From Mobula birostris (lineage: Eukaryota): DNA of 64,000 nt. Where the stretch lies: the NCBI RefSeq assembly GCF_030028105.1, contig NC_092383.1:86571921-86635920 (forward strand), read 5' to 3'. Both the position numbers and the translations under genes were made by a program. Positions 49,036-62,309 of this stretch are shown piece after piece; position 1 is the first letter of the stretch; each line of letters opens with the position of its first letter. The notes below the pieces were generated by a model. That model was not told the origin of the DNA and did not search any database. It saw only the letters and a program-made list of their open reading frames with translations.

Positions 49036-50639
49036 TCAGGGAGTTTAACATCACCTGGACTGTGGTAGTGGAGTGTTGGTTTTCTGACAACATCAGACTT
49101 TATCGCCAGCAATGTGCCATCAGGATCGTTGCTGTTATTTGTTAACCACTCTTATTGTCATCAATATTAATAATCTGGAATGAAACTGTAGGTGGCATGA
49201 TTAATAAGTTATGGGTGAGACAGCAGTGTGGTGGACAGTGGCAAGAGTTGTGTAAGTTTACACGAGGATCTTGAAAATGAGCCGGTGTTCAGCCCCATTA
49301 TTCTGTGCCAGCAAGCTGCCCCCTCCCCACCTGAGCCTGTATTGTCTGTTTGCATTTGACCTGTCTCCCTCTCTTCTCGGTCCTACTATCAGGTGGAAGG
49401 TGCAGGAGCCTTGGGGCCCACACCACAGGGTTCCTCAACAGTTGTTGTCCTGCAGCTATCAGGCTCCTGGATTGGTTTCACTCGCCTCAGCACTGAACTG
49501 ACTCCGCAGCTGTGGACTCACTTTCAGAGACTCTGCCTCTCATGTTCTATGTATTATTTGTTTACATAGTTTTATTATTTGCACGATTCATCATCGCTTG
49601 CACATTGATTTTTTGTCAGTCTTTGTTGTGTGTGGTTTTACATGGATTCTATTGTGTTACTTTGTTTTGTGGGCAAAGGTATGGTGGATAATCACAGTCT
49701 TTATCCCAGGGTGGGGGAGTTGAAAACTAGAGACCCTCGGCTTAAGGAGTGAGGGAAAATTCTTAGAGAGCCCGGAGCAGCCGTGTTTTACACACACAGC
49801 CGTGTGTGCATGGAAAAGGCTGTCAGAGGAAGTACTAGAGATGGTTACAAATACACTATTTAAAATACATTTGGACAAGTTCATATATAGGCAAGTTTTA
49901 GAAGGATACGAGACAAATGCAGTGAAATGGGAGAAGCTCAGGAAGACACTGTGGTCAGCACAGATGATTTGGGGTGAAACTCCTGCGTCCATAACCTATA
50001 ACTCCTTGACTCTGCAGCATCCTCTCTAAACTGGAACATGCTTTTAAAAGGATAAATTCAGAATTCTATTTCATTGCATAGATGTGACAGCTCATGGGAT
50101 CACAGCCTATCAGATTGCACTTCAATCTCAACAATCAAAGTTCAAAGTATACTTATTATCAAAGAATCTATACTATATACAACCTTGAGATTCACCTCCT
50201 TCCAGGCAATCACAAAAAAATAGAACATCCCAATATACAGAAAAAAGAGCAAATCAAAGTAAGCAAATAACATTTGGAGCTGAAATTCACAAAACTGAGG
50301 CCACAGCCAAGAAGCCAGTCATCACTGTAGTCAATTCATGAGGCCATTAATTGCCAACCACAGCCTCAGTTTAGCGTAAAGACACGTAAACCTTCTGTGC
50401 AGCAAGCTGAACAGCAGCCCATCCCTCGCCTTGGACTGACATTCCTTTAGTGATTAAAAGGGAATTGAAGGTTTATTATCCTTGTTGTAATCATGAAATG
50501 CAGCAGCCTTGTTCATAGAAGGAATGGATTTCCTTCTCATGTCTCAAAGCGAGTGAGGTTTTTTATTTAACATACAAAAACCCAATTTCAGCGGTTAGTA
50601 ATTTACCTGGGATGCTCAGATATTCAAAAGCTAGAGACG

Positions 50640-51560
50640 ACCAAAGACAATGAGACCATTAGACATAGGAGGAGAATTAGACCATTTGGCCTATACAGTC
50701 TGCTCCACTATTCCATCAAGGCTGACTTATTATCCCACTCAATTCCATCCTTGGCATTTCTCCCCATAATCTTTTGATGCCTTTCCTAAACAAGAAACTA
50801 TTAAGTACGCTTTAAATATACTCAATGTCTTGGCCTCAAAAGCCATGTATGGTATTGAATTCCACAGATTCAACACCCTCTGGCTACAGAAATTCCTCCT
50901 CATCTCTGTTCTAATGTACGGAGTCTGCACATCCTCCATGTGGAATGTATGGGGTCTCCCCGAGTGGTCCTGTTTCCTCCCACAGTCCAAAGACATACTC
51001 ATTAGGATAACTGCTCTTTGCAGATTGCCCTGTGATTATGTTACAGTTAATTGGGTTTGTCGAGAGTTCGATCGGTGTTGTGACCCAAAGGGCTGGAAGG
51101 GCCTATTCTGTACTCTATCGGTAAATAAATAAAATAAAGGGATGCCCTTGCATTCTGAGGCTGATTTTTCAGGATGATTTCCCCATAAGGAAACCACTTT
51201 TGATCATATACCTCCAAGTACCCCAAAATCCTGTTCTTAATAATAGACTCCCACATCTTCACAACCACTAAAGTCAGGCTAACTGGTTGACAATTTCCTT
51301 CCTTTCGCCTCCCTCCTTTCTTAAAGAGTGTGGTGATACTTCCAATTTTCCAATCCTTTGAACATTCCAGTCTAATTATTCTTGAAAGATCACCACTAAT
51401 GCCTTCATGATTTCTTTAAATAACTCTTTCAGAAACTTGGGATGTAGTACATCTGGTCCAAATGACTCATCTACTTTCAGATCCCTCAGCTTCTCAAGCA
51501 CGTTTTGCTTAGTAATAGCAACAACACTCATCTCTGCCCCTGCCATTGCCAAATTTCTGT
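50640..51560 (-). mobile_element. CR1 fragments with a V-SINE piece
   Basis: RTEMRRNFCSQRVLNLWNS; DLKVDESFGPDVLHPKFLKE. Confidence 0.7.
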
Positions 51561-51908
51561 CATTCCCACTAATATTTGCAATATTATAAGTCCTTCCTTT
51601 TGCTTTTATGAGAATCAGAAGTCGATACCAGTCTGGACTTTTCAATGTAAAGCCAGAAGTATTAATGGAATGCTCTCAATTTGTCGAGATGCGCAAGTCC
51701 AACTATGTTTGAGATGCTCCATATCTTCCAGGAGCAAGTGACAGACTTAACTGTTCACTGCACTTTAGTTCTACCCCATGGATGCTGCAATGTGCAGCTT
51801 CTACAAATGCAAAGAAATTCCTTACCCTCACTAGAGGTATAAGAGCAGCAGTAACAGAGTAATAAAAAGAAATATTTAAATGTATCCTCCCTTGAAATTA
51901 GAACTTAC

Positions 51909-52229
51909 CGCTGCCATTGATTTCTGTCACGTAACTGCAGATATCTCTGTTGTTGAAGACTGTCGCAGTAACCATTGCACTGGATCTCGCTCCAAGCCGA
52001 TTTGAGGCACTGCAGTAATATTGCTGGTGTGTGTGCTTGAAGGATTGACAATGCAGAGTCAGTTCATTGGTATCTGAGATCTTCGGATACCCAGATGAGG
52101 TTTGTTCATACCATCTGTATTGAATGGGATGGGATCCCTGGAAGGACTCACAGGAAAGTGACACTGAGCCCCCAAGACGTGAGACATTTGCTGGTGACAG
52201 ATATCGAATCACAGGAACAGACACGAGTT
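51909..52229 (-). CDS. Gene B exon: C2-type Ig domain C2a
   Basis: Acceptor ctttcccacag|AA at 52229, donor G|GTAAGT at 51909; 321 nt open. ELVSVPVIRY..SVSLSC..IQYRWY..LTLHC..YYC..ICSYVTEINGS. Confidence 0.88.
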
Positions 52230-52279
52230 CTGTGGGAAAGAATTAAACATTCAGACACTGAATGAACATCTGAAAATCA

Positions 52280-52830
52280 GACACTCTTCTGTCACTTTAT
52301 TATGTACAAATATTAACCTGATCATTAATACAAATATCTAATCAGTCAATCAGACGATCAGCAACTCAACTCATCAAAGCATGCAGAAATATTCAAGAGT
52401 TTCAGTCAATGTTAGGCCAAAGTCAGAATGCGGAAGTATTGTGATCTAAGTGCCTTTGAGCATGCAATTATTGCTGGTGCCAGACGGGGTAGTAAATATC
52501 TAAGGCACTACTATCCTCCTGGGATTTTCACACACAACTGTCTCTAGAGTTTAGTGAGAATGGTACGAACAACATGAAAAAACATCCAGAGAGCAGCAAT
52601 TCTGTGAACAAAAGTGCTTTATTAATGAAAGAGGTCAGAGGAGAATGGCCAGACATGTTCATGCTGACAGAAAGGTGACGGGAATTCAAATAACCGTGGG
52701 TTATGACAGCGGTGTGCTGAAGAGCATCTGAAGGTACAACACGTCAAACCTCGAAGTGGATGAGCCACAGAAGCAAGAGACCATGAACATCCACTCAGTG
52801 GCCACTCTGTTATGTTCAGGAGGTTTAAAG
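52280..52830 (+). mobile_element. Tc1 remnant orthologous to 13447-14000
   Basis: ctgtcactttattatgtac.., gtgatctaagtgcctttgagcatgcaattattgctggtgcc, cactcagtggccact. Confidence 0.75.
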
Positions 52831-53033
52831 GCAGCAACTTGTGAGATATCTGTCACATGTTTGGAGGCTTTCAGGAGAGAATGAAATTGTAACTGGGTTC
52901 AGTGACCTGCCGTATAGAGGGAAACATTTGGTACTGATATTACTGCAGAGATAGTGAGGGATGGACAGTGTCTGGCAAAGATCATGAGACTTTTATTTTA
53001 TGGAATGCACAAATCAATCACTGAGAAACCTAC

Positions 53034-53354
53034 CATCATTTACTGTTAGTTCTAAATTAAATCTTGTATCGAGACCTGGTGTTGTAATTCCACAGCTGTA
53101 CCATCCTGAATCTCCAGAGTGAAGATCCTCCATAGTAACAGTAAATATTCTCCGTTCCGGGTTATCTGTGATTGACACTCGTCCACTCCGTCTGTGCTGC
53201 CCATTTGTTTCCACTAAAACTGAACAATGGACGGTCCATCCATGGCACCAATACTTTGTGTCTGAGCGGTACTTTTCTTCATAGTGACAATCGATTGTGA
53301 TCGCTCTTCCCACAACTCCTCTTACAGATTTCTCTGCCCACAATGCACCTGAAA
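53034..53354 (-). CDS. Gene B exon: CD300/pIgR-like V-set Ig domain
   Basis: Acceptor ctccctcag|TT, donor G|GTAGGT; 321 nt open. ITIDC..KYWCHGWTVHC..GRVSITDN..DSGWYSC. Confidence 0.92.
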
Positions 53355-53780
53355 CTGAGGGAGGCATTGTCAGATGTGAGGGAAAGGAACAATTTAATAC
53401 AACAATTATTTTTCAACATGACGGTAAAAACAGGTGCAGGTCATGTACGGCATGTGGTCCATGACAACACAGCCAATGATTTTGGTGTGAAGTGCAGTCA
53501 GTGCTGTTACTGTGTCAGCCGTGTCAGTGATCTCTCTCCCCTGTGTCAGTACATTGTGGGTTCACTTCCCACTCCAGAATCCTGAGCAGAAACCCAGGGC
53601 TGATCTTCCAGTGCACTGCTGGGGGAGAGCCGTAGTGTAGCCAGAGGGTGTTGACTCTATGGAATTCAATACCATACACAGCTTTTGAGGCCATGAAAGT
53701 GTTCAACTTTCAGTTGCTTCAGAATATGTCAGCCTTTGAAATGTCCACAGAGCTTCCAGCTATTTCATAAGATGCTCCCA

Positions 53781-53784
<4 letters not shown>

Positions 53785-53844
<60 letters not shown>
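53785..53844 (+). repeat. (TG)30 microsatellite in gene B intron 1
   Basis: Direct read; the paralogous site at 15040-15051 has only about (TG)6. Confidence 0.97.
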
Positions 53845-53847
<3 letters not shown>

Positions 53848-54739
53848 CTGTGTGTGTTCAGACAAGGTTCTGAAGCAATTTGTAAATATTGTACCTATCA
53901 AGTATTTCTATGTGTAGTTAGAAGGTGGTGCAACAGTGGTCATTAGTGCTTCTGTGTCTAGAAACTCAGGTGAGATTTCAATAACTGTTGAGATACTTTG
54001 AGTACGAAAATCCAATTTATTATTTCTGGAATTTAAAAAACAAGTATCAGTAATAATAATGATGAACTGTCAGATTGTAAAGATCCCATCTAGATTGGAA
54101 AGACTTTTAGGGAGAGAAATTTCTTATCCCTACCACCCTGGTTTACCTTTGACTCCAGATCTAGTAACGTTCTATGCTAACTGCACCACTGAAGTGGCCC
54201 AGGAAGTCTCTGATTTCAAGACAATAATGTCAAATGTCACAGTGATCCCTGCAGAGAGAGAACAGATCCCAGCAATGGTAGATCTGATGTTCTCGCTTAA
54301 CAGGTTGCAGTAGATTTCTCCAGCTGGACATATTCTCCCCACACCTGGCTCTACACAATTCCTCTTTTCTCCTTATCTGCTTCCACCTCTCACCCACCTC
54401 CAAACACCATCCCTTTTCCACCCCATTCCATTTGCCTGTTGTGCTTCACTATTCCTCAGCCCCGACTAACGTGAGGACCCAGCTTCACGCCTCCCCCTCT
54501 CCTATTTAACCCTCTCCCGCTCTACTCACACATGAGGCAGGGTCTCAACCCGAACCATTGACATTTCCTCTGCCCCTGACAGAAGCTGTTTGACCCATTG
54601 AGTTTCTCCAGGAGTGAACTCTGAACTCCAGTTTCCGACAGCTTTAGTGTCTACGGGTATCAAGCATTCTTGTGGAAACGTTGTACGACCCCCAATCCAA
54701 CACTGATTATGCAGTTGTCCAGTGCTGTCTGTAACTCAC

Positions 54740-54779
54740 CAGGTAGGAAACCAGTCAGAAGGATCAACGTCCACAGCAT
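54740..54779 (-). CDS. Gene B exon 1: signal peptide MLWTLILLTGFLP
   Basis: ATG at 54779, donor G|GTGAGT at 54740, phase 1. Confidence 0.88.
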
Positions 54780-54834
54780 TTTATTCACAGAGACACAAGC
54801 AGGACCTGTCTGTCCTCAGAGAGAAATGACTGAA

Positions 54835-54905
54835 ATAAAATAAGGAAGAAGTCAGTCGGAAGTTTGATCAAAAAAACTACAGTAACACAATTGGTGTGTG
54901 GTACA
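54835..54905 (-). promoter_or_regulatory. Putative promoter of gene B (Ets and RUNX motifs)
   Basis: AGGAAG at 54843, CGGAAGT at 54857-54863, TGTGGT at 54897-54902. Confidence 0.45.
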
Positions 54906-55129
54906 TGACAATCTGAAAAGCTTTTAGTTATATTTAGCAGAACAGGAACACTTAAACTATTCTCAAAGAGTGAATGAAATGCTGAGAAGTGTTAAAATAT
55001 TAGAGACAAGCAACAGGAAACGTTTTAATCTGAAGTCAAAATAAACGACTGTAGGTGTCCTGAAGCAGGGAATTAAGCTGAAATGTTGACCACCTGACTC
55101 CTGAAGTTCAATTTATTTTTTGCATGATT

Positions 55130-55680
55130 TATAGTGTTAGCTGTGGTGCGTCATTGGGAAAAGTGTTCATGGTGAAAAGTTAACGATGGAAAGAGAAAGA
55201 GCCCATGTAGAGTGTTGTGAGTGTGAGGAGAAAGTTTGATGGCTCTAGGCGTGTACTCACTGGAGATTAGAAGAATGAGGGGGAGAGGGGGAATCATATT
55301 CAAACCTATTGAATATTGAAAGGACAAGACAGAGTGGATGTGGAGAGGATGTTCCCTGTGAGTTCTAGGATCAGAGGGCAGTGCCTCTGAGTACAAGCAC
55401 ATTCCTTCAGAACAGAGATGAGGGAAAATTGTTTTAGCTGGACGGTGGTGAATCTGTTATATTCACTGTCACAGATGGCCGTGGAGGCCAATTCACTGAG
55501 TATATTTAAAGTGGAGATTGATAAATTCTTGAATAGTAAGGGCATGAAAGATTATGGGGAGAAGGCAGCAGAATAGGGTTGAGAGAGAAAATAAATCAGG
55601 CACAATGGAATGGTGGAATAGACTCAAAGGGAAGAATGGCCTAATTCTTCTCTCTGCCTTTTGGTCCTATGGTCTTCTAA
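55130..55680 (+). mobile_element. CR1 3' fragment
   Basis: ctcactggagattagaagaatgaggggg..aacagagatgagggaaaattg..tggcctaattc. Confidence 0.75.
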
Positions 55681-58039
55681 TACAGGCATCAATCTGCTGA
55701 ACCTCTTCTGCAATCCCTTCAATGTTTCCACATCCTTCTTGCTATGCTGCAAACACAACTACACACTGACCTGAAGTGTGTCCTAATCATATTTTTATAC
55801 ATTTGCAACCTGAATTTTCATGTGCACATTGCTGGCTCATTGCTATTAGCGGAAACACATCTCCCTCTGTTCCAAATTTCAGGGAGTTATGGACTTACAC
55901 TCCAAGCTTTGTCCGTCATTCCGGATCTTGCCTTGGTACCCCCAGCACTCAGGGCAAACCCTTTTCTCATTGTTACCATCAGTTAGGAGATACAGAAGCC
56001 TGAAGGCACACACTCAGCAATTCAGGATCAGCTTTTTCCCCTCTATCATCCAATTCCTAAATGGATATTTTATGCATAAAGACTACCTCACTTTTTTAAT
56101 GTATATTATTTCTGTTTGTGCATGATTTTAATCCATTCAGTATATGTATACCGTAATTTATTTTTTTCTCTTCTTCTATATTATATATTACATTGAACTG
56201 CTGCTGCTAAGTTAACAAATTTCATGACACATGCCAGTGATAATAAAAGTGATTCTGATTCGGGTTCTGATTTTGATTCTGATAATTCAATGTTTTGGGG
56301 AGCTTGCTGCTGAGGAGGGAGCAAAGTAGGAAATAGGTGTGATGTAGAAGAGGCTTTTCACGCAAACTCAGCATACAGTACTTCACTTCATTCCCTCTCC
56401 TCTCTGAAAACCGTGTCTGCTCTTTGAAGGAAACTTTAAAGCTCACCTTTTCTGAATTCTATTCCATCTGTCAGTGCAATTTCAAGAACTCTGATGGATT
56501 TTCACTTTACTCTGGTTAGATGTGAGAGGAAACCAAGTGAATGGAATTACACAGTCACAATGGAGTAAAATCCATATCAGATCTGTTCTTAAACCAAATC
56601 AACTCAATTTTGACAGGAAATGATCTGTGTTAAGTAGACAACCCCTGTAGTTTCTATTTCTCATAGAATCACAGGGCACAGTTAATGGGCTCTTCACACT
56701 TGTCCAAGGAGAAGACATTTCTGTCTCACCTAGCTCAACTCCATGGTCTCCCTTTCCCCTAACCCTGCATACCTTTGCTGAGATTCTCTGTCTCTAGCAT
56801 CACAGTATCTCTGTTCACCAGGTTTGATCTTTCTATGTTAGTCGAAGTGTGATCTATCCACATTCACGCTGTGCAATTCCCTGGGACAGATGAAGTCTGA
56901 GGAGAGCTTCAGTACAAGGAATAACAATTCTCACATGTCACACATATTGTAGAAGTAATACAGAATCATAATCAAAATCAGTTTTAATATCACTGACATA
57001 ATGTATGTTATGAAATTAAATGTAGCAGTCCTAAATGGGAATGTTCGATGATTACCATTGGAGCTCTACACAGAGTCACGACTTCTCGGTGCCATCTTGG
57101 ATTTTATCTGAACAATGTTAATTGTTCAACCTTGATTTCATTGTAAACACTGGAAAATCTGCAGATGCTGGAAATCCAAACCAACACACAGAAAATGCTG
57201 GAGGGAACTCAGCAAGTCAGGCAGCATCTGTGGAAATGAATAGATAGTCGACATTTCAGGCTGAGGCTTTTAGTCGGGTCTGAGAAGAAGGTGAGAAGCT
57301 GTCTGAATCAAAAGATGGGTGAGGGGTGGAAGGCTATCTGGAAGGTGATCAGTGATGCCAGCTGGATAGGAACAGGTGTAAAGGCAGTAAAAGAAGGAAT
57401 CTGACGTGAGAGGAAAGTGGACCATAGGAGAAAAAGGAGGAGGGGCCTAGGGAGAAGAACCAGGCTGGTGAGAACTGGTAAAAGAAGGGCCTCCGACTGA
57501 AACCTTGACTGTCTATTCACCTCCATAGATTCTGACTGACCTGCTGAGTCCCTCCAGTATTTTGTGTGTGTTGCTTTTGACCTCATTGTAGTATGAGGGT
57601 TGAGGTGATTCAAGAATGTAGCTCATTTATATTTTCCTGAATTTTTGTTGCTGACTTTGCAATTGTTTATAAACACTTAATTTCACATTGTATATCAAGA
57701 GATAAATCATAAAATAATTCAGTATAGATGGAGAGCTGTTGTAATTTTGGGTTTGTTACATTTGCTTTAGGGGAAAACAGTGCAGTATATTAGCCATGAA
57801 TGTATATCTGCTTAAATTCTGTACATTGTATAGTATGAGTGCTGACTCTATTGCATCAGTCACTGCTGGCATCAGTCTAATGTTCACGCTCAGCGAATGA
57901 TGTGGTTAGAACTTCTGTCTTCTTTACTTGTCTTACCAAACAGAATATAAAGAAGTAACAGCAGATGCTACACATTGACAGATTGTTCTGGCCTCTTCCT
58001 GCATTGCACCATCACTTCTTGGAAAACCTCTCAAAGGTC

Positions 58040-58985
58040 ATTTTCATAAATAACCTGGATGAGGAAGTGGAGGGATGGGTTAGTAAATTTGATGACACAA
58101 AGTTTGGGCGTGTTGTGGATAGTGTGGAGGGCTGTCAGAGGTTACAGCGGGACATTGATAGGATGCAAAACTGGGCTGAGAAGTGCAGATGGGGTTCAAC
58201 CCAGATAAGTGTGAGGTGGTTCATTTTGGTAGGTCAAATATGATGGCAGTATACAGTATTAATGGTTAGACTCTTGGCAGTGTGGAGGATCAGAGGGATC
58301 TTGGGGTCCAAGTCCATATGACACTCAAAGCTGCTGCGCAGGTTGACTCTGTGGTTAAGAAAGCATGCGGTGCATTGGCCTTCATCAATCGTGGGATTGA
58401 GTTAGGAGCCAAGAGGTAATGTTGCAGCTATATAGGACCCTGTTCAGACCCCACTTGGAGTACTCTGCTCAGTTCTGGTCGCCTCACTACAGGAAGGATG
58501 TGGAAACCATAGAAAGGGTGTAGAGGAGATTTACAAGGATGTTGCCTGGATTGGGGAGCATGCCTTATGAGAATAGGTTGAGTGAACTCGGCCTTTTCTC
58601 CTTGGAGCAACGGAGGATGAGATGTATAGATAGAGGTGTATAAGATGGTGAGAGACATTAATTGTGTGGATAGTCAGAGGTCTTTTCCTAGGGCTGAAGT
58701 GGCTAGCATGAGAGGGCATAGTTTTAAGGTACTTGGAAGTAGGTACAGAGGAGATGTCAGGTGTACGTTTTTAATGCAGAGAGTGGTGAGTGCATGGAAT
58801 GGGCTGTCAGCAATGGCGGTGGAGGTGGATAGATAGGGTCTTTTAAGAGACTCCTGGATAAGTACATGGAGCTTAGAAAATCAGAGGGCCATGGGTAACC
58901 CTTGGTAATTTCTAAGGTATGAACATGTTAGGCACATCTTTGTGGGCCAAAGGGCCTGTATTGTGCTGTAGGTTTTCTATGTTTT
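58040..58985 (+). mobile_element. CR1 RT 3' fragment specific to the right-hand duplicate
   Basis: NNLDEEVEGWVSKFDDTKFG..LEYSAQFWSP; splits a block that is contiguous at 21480-21520. Confidence 0.85.
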
Positions 58986-60289
58986 TAACTGTGGGTCAAT
59001 ATCCTGATGAGAACAAGTGCAGAGATACAAAACATCTTCAGCAAAGTATTTTTGTTTCAGCAGCTAGATCACTGAACAACAATAACAATTTGGTGAAGAA
59101 AAGTGAAAAGGTCATTTAACCATCGTGTTTAAACTGGATCCCAATCCTGTGCATACCTCTAAATACAATGGTGGGATTGTAAAACATTTTCCATTCGGTT
59201 GTTGAGAAGTCATACAAAAAGAGCAGCTTCATGAGGTATTGGTCAGACTGCATGTGGAAGATGGTGAACAGTTTTTGGCCCCTTATCTTTGAAAGGATGT
59301 GCTGTATTTGGAGCGGATCCAGAGGAGGTTCCCGAGAACAATACCAGGCATGAAAGGGTAAATATGTGAGGAGTGCTTGATGTCTTGGGGTCTGTACTCG
59401 CTGGAGTTTAGAAGAATTGGGGAAGGGTTCTCAATGAAACCTCTTGAATAGTGAAGGGCCTAGACCTGGGTTGGTGTCTATGTGGAGAGGATGTTTCCTC
59501 TGGTAGAAGGGTCCCTGACCAAAAGGTACTGATTCTGTGGAATTTATTATCACAGATGGCTGAGGAGGCTAAGCCCTTGGACATATTTAAAGCAGAGGTT
59601 GATAGGTTTTTGTTTAGTAAGGGTGTCAAAAGGTACTGGGAGAATAGGGTTGAGGTGAACAATAAATGAGCCATTATAGAATGGTGATACAGTCTCAATG
59701 GGCTGAATGGCCTTCTGCCACTATGTGTCATCGTCTTATGATCTGAAGTGATAGGGCAATGCAGGGAAAGGTTGCAACAGTTAGTTTACGTGAGGCATCC
59801 ATTGATACTTAACTATATTCTATTTTTACAGAATAAGACAAGTAAAGAATACGGAAGTCCGAACACAGACTCAGGGCAGTAATTGTTGCCAAAAGTGCAT
59901 CTACGAAGTACTGACTTGAAGGGGGTGAATACTTATGCAATTAATTATTTTGCATTTTATATTTCAAATAATTTACATCACTATGTAGAGATCTGTTTTC
60001 ATATGCAGAAGTGTCCATAAATCATGGCTTCATCACCTGGGACTGAACTGTATTGTCTTTGTCTTACACCTCATTCCTCTGAGCAGATCTGCTTTCTAAA
60101 CTGACAGTGTTCCATTATTTATCCAGATCTGAGGAGGGGTCCCTGACCTGAAACTGGGTTCAATGGCCCAAAACGTTCAGTGCTAATTCCTTTACAGAGA
60201 TGCTGCCTGATCTGTTGAGTTCCTTCAACACTTGTGTGTGTTCAATCAGTATACAGGAGGACGTTTGAAAATCTGGTTGTATAGTGTCA

Positions 60290-60900
60290 CAACAACTATC
60301 TCTCATTTAACATCATCAAAACCAAAGTGCTGATTATTGACCACAGTATGAGGTATCCAGAAGTCCACGAGCCAGTATTCAGCAGGAAATCAAAGGTGGA
60401 AAGAGTCAGTAACTTTAAATTCCTTGGCATTATCATTTTAGAGGATCTGTCCTGGGTCCAGCACAAAGAAAGCTGACAGCGCATTATTTACTTAAAAATT
60501 TGCAAAGATCAAACTGTCATCTAAAACTTTGACAAAGTTCTATAGATCCACAGTGGAGCATATTCTTACTGGTTGCATCATGGCATGGTATGAAAACACC
60601 AATGTCCTTGAATGGATAAACCTATAAAAGGTAGTGGATAAAGTCCAGTTGATCACAGATAAACCCCTCCTCACTGTGGAGCACATTGTCACACTAAAAA
60701 CAGCATCTATCATCAACTAGGCCATGCTCTCTTCTTCCTGTTGCCGTCAGGAAGCAGGTACAGGAGCCTCATGTCCCACACCAGCAGGTTCAGGAACAGA
60801 TATTACCCCTTAATCATGGGGCTTCTGAACCAGAGTGGATAATTTCACCTATCACTGAACTGATTTCTCAACCTATGGACTCACTTTCAAGGATTCTACA
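60290..60900 (+). mobile_element. Rex1/L2-type LINE 3' fragment
   Basis: Degenerate LNIIKTKVLII..FKFLGI..DLSW..SILTGCIMAWY sequence. Confidence 0.65.
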
Positions 60901-62089
60901 ATTCATGTTCTCAAATATTATTTAGAACTTATTTACCTATTACTATGATTATTATTTTGTTTTTCTTTTAGTATTTCCATTTTTTTTACTCATTGGTTAT
61001 TTGTCTTTGTGTGTAGTTTCCACTGATTCTATTGTGTTTCTTTGTATTTACGGTGAATGCCTGAAAGTAAATGAAATAGTATATGGTGACATATACAGTA
61101 TGTCCTTCAATAATAAATTGAAGTTTCTTTTCTGACAATTATGCAATCATTTGATCAGAATAAAATAAAAGTTAATTGAAATTGGGTATATTTCCAGTCA
61201 ATATTCAGGGGTATTAAAGACGAATGAACAATGGAATTAAAAGTTGGGTGTTGAACAAAATGAGTGATTGCCTTGTTGCAGCTTGCAATGGTCAACGGGG
61301 TGTGAATCTGCAAATAGAAGTTGCTACTTTTCTCAGAGTTGACATGTAACTGTAACCCGTCGATGTACAATTCGCCTCGGAGCTGCTACATGAAGGGAGC
61401 TGTTTGCAGATGTAAAGATCATCACTCATGATAACAAAACGCAAAATATTAGAAGATTCTTTGTAATCAGATAACGATGTGGTATAGCACAAGTTTTTTT
61501 CACACAGTGGATGAGAAAGAGAATAAGTAAGGCAAAAGGCCAGCATTACATTGAAAACTGCAGCAGGTCACTCTTATGCAGCGAGTTTCAACCTGGAATA
61601 AAACTGCAACCTACACACCAATTTTGAGCTTATTATAGTTGTATATCTTTCACCTTTGATTGAGATGATGTCAGTTTCTTTGATTAATATGACAGAGGAT
61701 TCACATATTAAGGTATCAAGTTTCAGTAACTGACAGACTATAGTTTCAAGATCAGGCACCTGAATCAGCATGGATAACTTCACTCACTCAACACTGAACT
61801 GATCATGACACAGAAACCTAAGGGCTCACTTTCAAGGACTCCATAACTCGTGTTCTCAGTATTTATTTATTTGGAGATTCAGCACAGAACAGGCTCTTTA
61901 GGCCCAATGAGCCACACTGCCCAGTAACCCACCGATTTAACCCAGCCTAATCCCAGCACAGTCTTCACTAATTCATTTGACACAAGAAGATGGATTTCAC
62001 TGTATGCTTCGAAGTTTTGATGTAAATTTGATGAATATAAAGCTAATTTTTAAAAATAAAACAGAATATACATGCAATATTTCCTTCCC

Positions 62090-62270
62090 GACCCTGTAGC
62101 CCATTGGTTTCTACTGAAACTGAATATTGGTGACCAATATTCCATGGCACCAATACATTGTGTGTGACTGATTTACTGTTGCATAGGGGCAATCATTTAT
62201 GATCACCTTTCCTACAACTCCTCTTACCCCATCTCTCCATCTCCACAATCCATCTCTCTCTAACCAAAAG
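62090..62270 (-). pseudogene. Gene C V-domain pseudo-exon (frameshift, truncated)
   Basis: VRGVVGKVIINDCPY..SHTMYWCHG, then frameshift/stop before VETNG; insertion at the 5' end; 3' half missing. Confidence 0.75.
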
Positions 62271-62309
62271 CAAACTGAAATTGAAAGCAAAATTCTTGAG
62301 GATCTGAAG

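Noticed and set aside
50607-50630. 24-nt phase 1-1 micro-exon candidate (AFEYLSIP) between C2a and C2b
   Set aside because: Its acceptor derives from an adjacent CR1 tail and it has no counterpart in gene A; needs RNA evidence.
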